NCBI GenBank assembly: GCA_964035545.1
Contig: OZ037767.1
Span: 9,558,581-9,622,580 of the forward strand
DNA: 64,000 nt
Source of the DNA: Bugula neritina
Taxonomy: Eukaryota > Animalia > Bryozoa
Direction of reading: 5' to 3'
Part shown: piece after piece, positions 14,601 through 28,100 of the stretch
Position numbering within the stretch: the first letter of the stretch is position 1
Layout of the letters: each line of letters begins with the position of its first letter
The notes under the pieces: model-generated
Told to the model about the DNA's origin: nothing
The model's database searches: none
Seen by the model: the letters and a program-made list of their open reading frames with translations, nothing else
Program-made: the position numbers and the translations under genes

Positions 14601-17193
14601 TGACATATCTTACAACTGTCAATATGAAACAAAAGACATCCAGGGTTGCTATTTGTCCTGATAAATGTAAACTATAAAGAGAGCAAAATCAGCAATATAT
14701 TAATAAAGAATATAATATTTCAGTAAGAGTACCATTGATGTTGCAATGGCCCTCTACAAGTATCCCTTTGCACGTGTTTTTCCCTATTCTAAGAGAAGGT
14801 GTCAGTTTGAATGTTTTTTGTTAGCGGCACACCTGTGCCTAGAGAAGCCCTCAATCAACAGATAATCACATTTGATTTGTTGCAGTTTACCTGCATTTTA
14901 CTAAGTGTTATCAGGCCCTTGCAGCAGCTGTATTACAGCGTGTAACATACCCACGCAAGCTGGTATATAAAACACTGTGGGTGTAACGCAGCAGTTTTAG
15001 TAGCTGGCCTGTAGCATATATCTGCTGGTAATTTTATAGATATGACCAACATCTTCCGGCAACTTACCCCACATGTAGCTGCACCTAGTTTTTATTAATT
15101 TATTTTAACTATTTTCAGGTTGATATCTAATCAGTAACATTTATTAATTGACCAATTGATGCTGATAGCTTATCTAGTCTTGTGTTCATGCAATCAGGTA
15201 TTTATCAGCATTTAACCCCACACAGCTTGCTGCATCTCGTTATATTGTAGCTCGAGTGATACTCAAGATATTCTAAGCATACAGTTCCGAACCACATCAC
15301 CCAATGGACTATTATTAAATGGAGAGAGCAATGAACACAAGCACGGTCTAAGCGTATGGCTGCTGAACAGCGAGCTCAGGGTTAGAGTGAGAGGGCATTG
15401 CTCTTGGGTTCGAATCAGCGACATAGCCTTTGACCCCTATAACGTCTCTGACGGCAATTTTCATACAGTGAGTGTTGTACACTTTACCTATTCCTATAGT
15501 CATCACCTGCATATGAAAGCAACTACTTAGAAAAAATTTATTTTGCTATGCATATAAATATAAAACTTCATCTTAAATCATTAATTATCAATCATAATGT
15601 TTAAATAAACTGGCATTTCAACATGATAATAATAGTATTTGTCAAAAAGTATCCAAAAGAGTGAAAAAAGCTTTTTGGGCACAATTTACTTACTTTTTAG
15701 TAGCATATAAATATTCAATTCCATATAATAAATTAAATGGTCATAGAAAGCAAAATAGTGTTATATAATTTACACATTGATAAGAATGTAGAATGCTAAG
15801 TAATTTTTTTTTAAATTGTAAGAACATTTGGTAAACAATAAAATGCTGTAAATGCTTATTTAAGGTTATAGCAAGGTTATAAAATTATAAGGAAACCTGC
15901 ACTGCTTTCGTTATTCATACATTATTTATTTATCTATCCTTCATTAGACTTTTGCTCTCTAGCAAACCTAATGATACAATTTTAACTATAATATATTATA
16001 TTTTAGCTGAGAATAGTGGTGAGAAGTGGAATTGTAGCCTTTTCTATAGATCACAGGCCTGAACGCCGTCTTACTTATACAACAAACCGGGCATTTGACT
16101 GCTGGCATATACACAATTACTACTTTGGTGCCCCCAGTCCTACCCAAACGTCCAACTACCCTGAGGTAAGCAGTATAATATACTAGCACCAAGTCTATGC
16201 AGTGTAATTTTACATTCTTTTAAAAGTTAAGTTTGTAATTTGCACTTTGACTTGAAAAAGACCTGCATACAGTCTGTAACTGTTCCTTTGATAGCCTAGA
16301 CATTGTAGAGTAACAGAAAAAGCAAATAATTGTCGGCCACTTTCCGGTACATGACTCCTGAAGCTGAATAATTAAATCCGCATTTTTAGGGCTGCAGTAT
16401 TAAGTGTCAGAAAATAAAATACTGGTGTTTAGACAAAAGATTAAAACTTATTGAAATGGTTATGCTATTTTGATGTTGCTGTTCAAAGAAATCACTTAGC
16501 TACACTCTTGCCAGATGGCAGATTTAAAAGTTAATTTTTTTTATTTAAACTTACATTGAGCAGTAAGACCGCAGGCTGCTAGTTAACTGGCAATTTAAAG
16601 CTGTTTTATCAAATTAAGAAGCTAAGTAATTTGATCAGTGAAGTTTAATATTATTACTGCCACAATAATATTGTAATTCTTCCAACAGCTTCCTGTATTC
16701 AGCAACAATTATTGTTCAGAACTAAAAATAATAATTTTAGCTGATAGGGCTTCCTGTTTGGATAAAATTCCGATATTTGTAGATAAGTTTTAACACATGA
16801 CTGAGATCTGTGTATTTCAGAAGCTGCATGCTGTGAAATTATTAGCTAGGAATGCGAAATGAGCCCTACATCTATTGGCTGGCATATATTATATACATAT
16901 ACATCTACGCATACACACATACATATGCATAGACATACGTATATATGTATATACACACATACAGTGATTATAATACTCTTATTCAATGAATCATTTGGAC
17001 ACAATAAATAAAATTTCTAATACATTTTGATAAAATTTATCAAATAGTTTTGCATAATTATTTTATTTTTGTTTTGTAGTTTTCACTGAGATTTGATGGA
17101 TGTTTGCGGTATTTTACTACACAGGGAACTAACGGAACTAACATTAACATATCTACTATGTATAATAAAGTATCATCTTGTGACTACTCATAG
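11616..17193 (+). CDS. Uncharacterised, probably secreted single laminin-G (LNS) domain protein, ~244 aa
   Basis: Exons 11616-11721, 13416-13459, 13839-13933, 15251-15467, 16007-16165, 17080-17193 (735 nt, phases consistent). LamG hallmarks: LSIQFRTTSPNGLLL, VSDGNFHTLRIVVRSGIVAFSID, YYFGAP, FDGCLR and a terminal Cys. N-terminus MCAHAVCLHLLFLWALEG looks like a signal peptide. AATAAA at 17455-17460. The first two exons are less certain. Confidence 0.82.
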
Positions 17194-20100
17194 TAATAAT
17201 ATGGCTCTACTCATTGACTACTAAGTTAAAGCTGTACTACTGTATTACATACCTACACATTCTATGTGCTGTGCAGGCCTATCTCTTTCTCTACACTAAA
17301 CCTAGTCACTTGTTAAAGTACTGCTGCTGCCTTTTTACTCATATTATGCAGTTGATTGGTTTTTAGTTTGTAAACAAACTTGTGAACATTTGTTTTACCT
17401 CATTCTGTACAGTTATTTATTTTGTTAACTAAGATTATATATTTTTGTATGGGAAATAAAATGTTATGTAGTGATTGATATTTGTTATTGAGCAGTAGTT
17501 TGCAAGTGGAACAGCCACACAAATGACCAGACATTATTTTTCTCTGTCCACACTAGCAAACTGCAGTGATGGTTTGTTTACAGCGGCATAATAAACTGCA
17601 TATAAATACTTATAATAACCTGACAGTGCAATTATAATGCAATATACAAACTAATGATTCCTCAAGCTTATTACCAATAGATGTGACACCGAAGTGACAT
17701 CTTTCAACAAGTCTATATATATATATCTAAATGACAACAAGCTCTAGATTTCCTGTTAATTGGCTAAGATACCACTTTTATGAATATTGTTACCTAATTA
17801 ATTGTAAGCAGTTAAGATGCTGAGAACATGATTTGAGAGCCAACAAAATAACCCACTGTAGAATCATCACAAAGCATAATTAAGCAGTAGTGTAACTTCT
17901 CTCACCACTTGATGTTCTCAGCAAGTGCAGCTTGTACTTATTTCCCCCTCTTCTGCAATATCGTATAAATGAGAAAAACTGGCACAAATCTTATAAAAAT
18001 CAACAATTGACTTGAACATTTTTCCACGGATGTCAGTATATATTTGGTATGAGCAGTCCCACAAGCTGCTGGTGATAAACTGATGGTGATTCTTTGGGTG
18101 CCGAATGTTGGGAAATTCTGTTTGAACTAATCGGTATGGCGACTAAGACACTTTAGCTAGAGCCATGCAACAGTCTTGGTTAACCATATGTTTGTTATGT
18201 TGAATAGGCGAGATCATGTACATATTTTTGAGAAATTAAATTGTAATAAGCTACTTAAGTTTTTGATACAAATAAATTGATAAGTTGTAATCAGTTTTTC
18301 ATATATTTGTAACATAGTACTTCTACATATGCCTGTAATACTGTTGTATTTTAATATTTTTAAGCTAAAGAAAATAAGCTGGCCCATACAAAAAATCAAA
18401 ATATAAAATGCATATTCTGGCGTGTGAGTGCGTGTCTATGTGTGATTGCCTGCTGCAGAAAAGTTTAAAAAACCGTGTCCACTTTTGAATTTGTAGCAAA
18501 TCATAAATTAATTAACACTAGCAGACTGTATCATAATTTATCTAATCATTTGAAAAAAAGTTGTTTCTAAACCAACTTATTATAGAGATTCCATTAATCC
18601 CATGTCGAAATTATTCTCCTGGTTTCCACATGGTAAGAATAGCAAACACTAGGATTATCCTTTTCTTGTCAATTATAGATTTGCTTACCAACCAGCAAAA
18701 TGTTCTCACACTGGGCCATTGATAAATGTAAAGCAAAGAATTAAAAAGTTCAGGATATGATCTGTCAGCTACACATTTATACATAATGTTTTTGATTTAA
18801 ATTTGCATGTGATCTTCTCTGAAGAGAATTGTGGGCAGAACAATTGTATATGCTAATTGCATCAATAATTTTAATGGTGTGTCAACCCTAATAAAATGAT
18901 TTATTTGTTAGAAGAAGACTTGATAGCAAAACACCAATCGCAAACTTGCATTTAATTATTTTACAAAACACACAGCGTACAGAAAAATGCTTTATTTATC
19001 CTGCTACAACTTCAAATTAATTCTGTTAATGTTTCATAAATATAAATTTAAACCAAATCCTAATAGATAAAGTCAAAACATATCAAAATTTTAAATAAAT
19101 CCCATAGTTACAACAAATTATTGAATTAATTTTACTTGAAAGATTGTTGAAATATTGATACACTTGGGAGCAATAAATTCAACATTGAAATGTATATTTA
19201 AGACACAAAAATATTGCAGTATCATGAGAGTCTACCAGTTGCCCACTTTGTTGACAGTTGCAAAATATTTTTGCCAACTTTCAATGAAAAAATGGCAGAA
19301 AGGTGACAGCTTTATTATGAACAATTGAAAGATAACAACAAAAATATTGTCATAGTTCTATTGATAAGAGCTTTACTATAGAAAAGGCAACTTTAGAAAC
19401 ACAGCTGGTGCTCCTAGCTGGTGTCATCAACACAGTTCTGACACCGAATTATCAATTCAACCAAATGACAGTCCTTAATGCCAATGCCAAGACTGATCTT
19501 CACTTGAATGTGCAGCTCTTGATAGTAATTGGTCCACACAGAATGAGTGTAGTTATGAAGCTAAAGCCAGGTGTACCATATCATGTGCGCTGTTTATTTT
19601 AATTTGATAACATTAAAGAGGGTGTAAGAAAACTTCTGTAAATTGGTCAATAATTCTGAGCACAATGACACACGAATGTGACATATTTCAAAAGTGTTTT
19701 GAATAGCAAAGGGACTTTATATAAACAAAGATTACAAAACCACGAAGTTTTACCAATGAAACTTGGTGCCACAGTTGGTTTGTTATGCTTCAAAGGAGTA
19801 TCACGAACACAGTTATGTTTTGAAAGCTGATAGCTATATTTGGGAGTGGCTTATACAACATAAAAAAACAATAATTTGCCAACTTAACCCCAAAATAACT
19901 GGAGTATTGTATTCATAAACAAGCGACTACAAAAGAATGACATCTGCTTCAACTGCAGCGGCCTACAAAAGTTCAGCTGGCAGCCAACTGTAAACAAGCA
20001 GAACTAATATTTAGTATTCGTTGCATTAATAATTCAGGCAATTATAGTATTAAAAATGTACACCAAAGTTTATAGATCAATTTATATATACAAAATAACT

Positions 20101-20323
20101 TTATTTACAGTTTTTTAAAAAAACATTCAAAGATGGAATTTTCAAATATGCACATTTGAATCCGACATAGTAATTGTAAAGTGCTTCTAGGAATCATTCC
20201 AGGACTAACAACAGTGATTACACCGACTGAGACTGAGACTACAGTAGACGACTGAGACTACAGTAGATGAAGGTGCAGAGTCAGTTTACCAGGTAGAGTT
20301 CTGCTGCCAGGTCACAGTCTGAC

Positions 20324-21551
20324 TCATAGTGCTGCCATTAGCTGCTGAGCAACGGCAGCACTAAGGTGTAGCTTGGTAATGAACAGAGCAACACTCAAAC
20401 CTGCAACAGATTCATGACATCAAAATATTCGAAGAAAATCCAATTAGCACCACCATTGATGGCTAGAAAATTCTTCTTTTAGATTTACAAAAACATGCAG
20501 TACTGGTCCATTTAAGAGCAGTAGTGAAGAAATTGAGCCAGCCTAAATTTTTTACTTTTTATTAAAGTTTGGTTTGGGATGTGGGTTGAAATTCTTGCGG
20601 AGAACATAACTTTTTTGCTGCATTTCTAATCTAGAACACAGGCTCCATTAATGCACCTTTACCTACCTCTACTGGTCAATGACCTGTATTTGAGGTTATT
20701 TCACTTTACTAGGATTATTATTTAGTCAGTTCATCAAGGAATGTCTGTACTGGAGACACAATTGCGCTAATTTAGGGCTTGTCAGTTTCTACTATTAGTG
20801 CCATACATTATATTAAATTGTAGCCGTTGTTTGTCTCTTATTTAGTGACATGGCGACAAGTGAATAAAAATAGCATTAGTATAAACTATTGATTAAAGTA
20901 GGAAGGTATATTAAATGCACGTGTAGTAATAGCATACAAAAATATGGGTATTACATTAATATTGTGTGGGATTTAATTAATATGAATTAACAGGTATGAC
21001 ATGTGTGTAAGGTATTTGGTTGAATTTCTCACTCAAAGATATCACAAAAACTTGCTATAAAATCAATTGATCTCTTTAAGACAAACTTATTAACTGAGAA
21101 GGAATATAATAGCCAGAATGAAGATCTCTATGCATCCAGTTAATTTGCCATAAAAATTTACAATATAGATATTTCCAATTGACCTGTGAGGAAAAGGATG
21201 TTCTCAAAGAGAGTTTTATACTAAACGAAAGGAAGTGGTAGTTATGCATGCATCATGTATACAGGTGCACGAAGACAGTGACTTCAACTAAGAAGAAGCC
21301 ACTAAATCTCTCCATACATTTTGTACGGATACTGTGAAAGGGTTGTGCTGAGTCACTTTTGAAACACAGTCAGATTCTCAACAGATTATTATTTATAATC
21401 ACTTAGGAAGTCTACTAACATGTGACATTTCTAACTTTTACACCATTTTTTACTTTCTCTTCCGACAGCAAGTTTAATGCCAACAAGTGATTAATGAAAA
21501 TAGAGGAAAGCGTTTTTGTGAGTTACCATAGAGTTGGTAGTACAGTAGAGT

Positions 21552-21625
<74 letters not shown>

Positions 21626-21660
21626 CTAGTAGTATTAGTAGAGTAGTAGTAGTAGAGTAG

Positions 21661-21724
<64 letters not shown>

Positions 21725-21765
21725 TACTAGTAGTAGTACTAGTAGTAGTAGTAGTAGTATTAGTA

Positions 21766-21833
<68 letters not shown>

Positions 21834-21947
21834 ATAGTAGAGTAGTAGTAGTAGTGGTAGTACTAGTAGTAGTACTAGTAGTAGTAGTAGTAATAGTAGT
21901 AGTTGGTAGTACAGTAGAGTTAGTAGTAGTGCTAGTAGTATTGGTAG

Positions 21948-22017
<70 letters not shown>

Positions 22018-22071
22018 GTAGTAGAGTAGGTAGTAGTAGTAGTAGTAGTAGTAGTAATAGTAGTAGAGTTG

Positions 22072-22110
<39 letters not shown>

Positions 22111-25100
22111 ATAGTAGTAGAGTTGGTAGTAGCTAGCTATATTAGTAGTGAAGTAGTTACCTGAATGAGAACCAAGACACCCAGGAGAAATATCAGAGTA
22201 AAATGCAAGATAGTTGAGCAAAGTGGGAGATGTTGGCTGTCTCCCTGTGAGGGTATTATTGAGTAACTCCTTGAGAAGATCTATAAAACATGGAATAAAT
22301 AAACTTATATACACCTAACACATTAAAAGTACAGCACAGTATAGCATAGTACAGTATAGTATAGCATAGTATAGTGTAGTATAGCATAGTATAGTGTAGT
22401 ACAGTATAGTATAGCATAGTATAGTGTAGTACAGTACAGTGTAATATATAGTTTAGTGTAGTACAGTATAGTATAGTATAGTCTAGTACAGCACAATACA
22501 CGCATACATATTGTAGTATATAGAACATTGTATGCTAGAAAGGATGGAGAACATATATGAATTTGAAATAGTAGAGCAGTTATTATTGTATATAATGCGG
22601 ATGAAATACAGAATCATGTTTTGTAGTAAAAAAGTTTGAAAATATGTAATTCAAACTGTTGTAATATTTTGAAAATTTAAAAATAAATTCTATGGCTGCA
22701 AGAAGACAAAAGTACACAATGAAGGCCTTGTTAAACATCAATCAGCCTTTGATCACAGCATTTATATGTCACCCTATATAAACAAGAGTATATTTTATAG
22801 ACAAATTATCACTAAAATAAGATTCAGTAAAATTTAAAATATTTTAATATAAAGCATGCCAAGTGCTAGAAGATGTTACTAACACTACCATACAATACTA
22901 GCACTACCATACAATACTAGCACTACCATACAATACTAACACTACCATACAATACTAACACTACCATACAATACTAACTCTACCATACAATACTAGCACT
23001 ACCATACAATACTAACACTACCATACAATACTAACACTATCATACAATACTAGCACTATCATACAATACTAGCACTACCATACAATACTAACACTACCAT
23101 ACAATACTAACTCTACCATACAATACTAGCACTACCATACAATACTAACACTACCATACAATACTAACACTATCATACAATACTAGCACTATCATACAAT
23201 ACTAGCACTACCATACAATACTAGCACTATCATACAATACTAGCACTACCATACAATACTAGCACTACCACACAATACTAGCACTATCATACAATACTAG
23301 CACTACCATGCAATACTAGCACTACCACACAATACTAGCACTACCATACAATACTAGCACTACCATACAATACTAGCACTATCATGCAATACTAGCACTA
23401 CCACACAATACTAGCACTACCATAAAATACTAGTACTACCATACAATACTAGCACTATCATACAATACTAGCACTACCATAAAATACTAGCACTACCATA
23501 CAATACTAGCACTACCATACAATACTAGCACTACCATACAATACTAACACTACTATACAATACTAACTCTACCATACAATACTAGCACTACCATACAATA
23601 CTAACACTACCATGCAATACTAACACTACCATACAATACTAGCACTACCATACAATACTAACACTACTATACAATACTAACTCTACCACACAATACTAGC
23701 ACTACCATGCAATACCAGCACTACCATACAATACTAGCATTACCATGCAATACTAGCATTACCATGCAGTACTAGCACTACCATACAGTTTAGTACCTAG
23801 ATTCTCCGGCCCTGAAAACCAGCAACGGATCTTTCTTTGAAGCTTTTTGTTGGCCAGATCCACGAGATCCTTAGAAACAACGCAGTCAGTGGAGACTCTC
23901 TTGTAAATGTTCAGGAAATACAGCTGCTGAAAATCCACACTTGCACCACCGACAATGGAGCTAGTAGCCTGCAACACACAACACTTTACTTATTGAAAGT
24001 TCTACAAACTTCACTAGACACATACAGGGAAAATACCAACATTTCTTTCTATTTCCATTGACATAACTTTACAGGTGTACGTTGAACTGTGTAATGGCAA
24101 TTAATTGAATTCTAGGAAACGTATTTTTGTATTAAACAGGCTACAGTAACTGCAACAATGACAAGTGATGCCAAAAATTTGAAAAATGTACTGTGCAGCA
24201 GATGTAGTAGTGAGCTCATTACGTCAGTCAATTTACGTAAAGTGCATTAGTTGAATGGGTGACAGTGTATTATAGGAAGGGTTTCTATACATACAATATT
24301 TTACAGCATTTTGCAGCTGACTTGTAACAGCTGAGCAGTTGGCAAAGAAATTCCCTGATGTCAGCTTGTCAACCCACACAATCTTTTTATCAACAAAAAT
24401 ATTTTCGTAGGATTATTTCGAAGAATCTCTTTCATAACACACCGCAAATAGAATATATCTTATATATATCTGACAGAACACGTGATTAAGTAATGTTATA
24501 TTAATTTTGGTTAGCTGATACAAACAACATTCCCTAAACTATGCTACATCTAATAGTACTAATCTCATTAGTGTGATAAAAAACAATAACATCTTTTTGA
24601 CAATATTCCAAAGAAATACCAAAACAAGTGTGTGCAGATCATTAGTGCACGTTGCATGGCAAGAGCATGGCATAATGTGGGCTCCAGTGAAAGGTATGGA
24701 TGGGTGCATAATGTGAAACAGATGTGACCTAACACAGCGAACTTGGCACACCAAATGACACTATGACCAGTTCAAATATTTACTAATAATCATAAGACCA
24801 GAAGCAATTTACAATTGATTCTTTAAATGAAAAGTAGTCGATTGTTAGAAGCTAAAATATTAATTTTTTCTGTAGCTGGTACCAGAAAGCTGGAGGGTGT
24901 TGCAGCTACTAAGACAGCCTACAGTGCAACTCTCACCTCATATATCTTGTAGTAGAGAGACAGAAGCTCCGGCCGTTCCCGAGACACTGCGTCTCTCATA
25001 GCCAGGTAGATGAAAGGATTCTCATCCGACTAAAAGAAGGAAATATAAGCAAATATCTAAGAAACACTAAAAATTGTAGAGGAGGGAGATGTCCACTTCC

Positions 25101-28100
25101 CCACCCAGACAAGAAACCAGTATATCAGTGAACTTCTGCTACAGGGTATAGGAAACTCCCCTACCTCTTTGGCCATGTTCAAGAAGTTGTGCTGCATTTG
25201 AGTGAGTTTGCTGTGAGAGTGGGAGGTGAGGGGAGAGTAGTGTCTGAAAGGCATAGTCCTAATCATAGCACCCACCACGCCATTGGGGTCCTCGGAGTAT
25301 GTCAGATGCCCGTATTTCCTTTTCACAGCCAGTCCGCTCCTCCCACCCAGCGTCGACCTGGCCACACAAAAAGAGAGAAATTTACAGCTAAAACTTATGA
25401 CTGGCCCAAGCCAAGGGTCTTAATTATAGCAGAAACAGCAAGCATTGTTTATGTTCACCAGTTGGTCATGTTGGGTAAAGACTTTCTATTATAAATATCT
25501 GCTTCAATTGCATGATATGCTGGATTTATGTAACATCTACAAAGTTATCATAGACTACAGGAAATAGTTACAATATTGTCCGGTTATATTACGAAATGTA
25601 TAGAAGTTTTAGTAAACATTGACATGTGTAGCATCAGTACAACTCAACATAAGAAAGGCAGCAGCACAACTCAACATAACAGAGGCAGCAGTATTGTACT
25701 AAAGAGAGAACAACAAGAGCAATCTACCTAATGCATTGGTCCTGGCTGGTAAGCACTATGGGCCAATGACGCTGATCACAGATTTCTATCTACAAAAAAC
25801 AAATACTATATCAGCATAGTCTATAAATAACCAGTTGCAGCGTAAAGAATTTTGACAGCATTAAAAGTGTAAACACATATTTAATAGCACCAGGAAGTGT
25901 TGTAGTAACTTTGCTTTATACACCCCCAGGCAGAGGAGGGGGGTCAAGGGTCAGGGGTCAGCATGCTCACCCTCTCAATGGCATCAAACTGAGGCATGAT
26001 AGTAGGTGCACATGTCACGTAGCTGAATCTATTGTAATCTTCAGTTGCACTCAAAGTCACTCGTAGCGGGACGTAGCAAGGCTCCCCGGTATCCACATCT
26101 AAGGGGAATATCAGCCTAGGCTCAGCCGCCTGAGCATACAAGTGTCTTAGAGCCTGCAGGTGGTACCTACAATACACTGTACAGGTTACCTACGACACAC
26201 TGTACAGATCACCTACAACACACTGTATAGGTTACCTACGGCACACTGTACAGGTTACCTACAACACGCTGTACAGGTTACCTACGGCACACTGTACAGG
26301 TTACCTACAACACACTGTACAGGTTACCTACAACACACTGTACAGGTTATTTACGACACACTGTACAGGTTACCTACAACACACTGTACAGGTTACCTAC
26401 AACACACTGTACAGGTTACCTACAACACACTGTACAGGTTACCTACAACACACTGTACAGGTTACCTACAACACACTGTACAGGTTACCTACAACACACT
26501 GTACAGGTTACCTACAACACACTGTACAGGTTACCTACAACACACTGTACAGGTTATCTACGACACACTGTATAGGTTACCTACAACACACTGTATAGGT
26601 TACCTACAACACACTGTACAGGTTACCTACAGCACAACCTAAGCTGTATGCACTGTACCTATTACATTGCCTTTCACAGGTTATAGGTCATATAATTTCA
26701 TTCACAAATTTTCCTAGATTATATTTCATTTATCAATAAGTGGTACATAGGTCATGTGTAAAGGCCAGGTTTGTACAATCCCATTCTAACAACATATGGT
26801 TATATTTAGGTATATTTATTAGTTGTTGGCAAGTGACATGTAAATAGCAGTGACATCTATATAACCATAAGCTCACAAGTAGATATCATCATCCATACTT
26901 GAACAAGATTAATGAGAGAGGAAAAACATTATTTAAATGTATTATAGTAAAATGATGTATGATATTATGAAAACAAACCTATTATCGTTTGAATGAATAG
27001 GAAACTTTGGAAAGAAGGCGGATAAGAGAAGTGGCAGAGTGTCAGGTTTACAGGACAAAGTGTATCTAAAATATAAATTATTACATTATTAGAAGGTATA
27101 GAGATATGCAGATAGACATATCCTCTCATATATTCATTGCTTCAGCTATTGGCAATGTTAAAACTTCAGCCATCAAAAACAAACTCAAATAAAATCACAA
27201 CAAAGCAGGTGTGAGTGACATCTGAAGCTATAAAATGTAATTAAATTGTATACTAATGACTTTTTAATTATTTCACAAATACAATCTAGAAATGAATTTA
27301 TATTAAGGTCTAACAATAAAGATGCATGAAGAGATACAAGTGTGCAACTATGGAATATAAAAATAATTATTAAAAATCAATGCCTATTCAGTGTTCAATT
27401 GGCAATAGATAAGAAATAATCTGCATTAGTGACTCATTGTTGTCAGATATAGGTGTAGTAATGGTGAAATTGAGAAAAGCCTGTGCTCTAGATTAGACAT
27501 GTAGCAAAAGAAGTTATGTTCTCATGTGAATTCCAACCCGCGCCCCAACCAAAATTTAATAAAAAATTAAAGAACTTAGGCTATCTCAATTTCCTCACTA
27601 CTGCTCCTAAATGATATATGAGGGATATTTTCTGTAAAGAGCTTTAATCAAGAAGAGGCGATTTAGCCGGAATCTTATGAGTAATGCAGGCACGGGATGA
27701 GGGAGGAAATACCTCACATCACATAAACTCAGTAAACTTAGACTACAGTTGGGTGCAGTTGACTCTTCACCTGTAAGCATATGCAGCAGCGACCAGCTTG
27801 TGATTGATTTCACAATCTATGAAAATATTCAAAGTGTGTGAAGCGAGGATGTTGCGCACACACAACACTTCCTGTACGCTGAAATCACCTTCGACACTCG
27901 ATGATGAATACTAATTAAGGTCACTCATAATTAACAAGTCAGGATTAGTCACCATACAGAGCAGGAAAATATTTTCTACCTCCCAGAGCCAAGAAAGAGT
28001 AAAGCCAGGGCCATATGGACAGCCATGTGAGAGCCGTAAGTGGCGAGGGGAATCCCAATTCTGGTTCTTAGATACCGACATATCCTTATAATCTGCAGAT

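Noticed and set aside
17600-20050. Possible decayed transposon pieces between the LamG gene and ANAPC1
   Set aside because: No second copy, TIR pair, TSD or protein motif that I could confirm.
22877-23787. Regular arrays (19, 23, 27, 34 bp) as CRISPR-like loci
   Set aside because: Units are head-to-tail with no unique spacers, no cas genes, and lie in eukaryotic introns.
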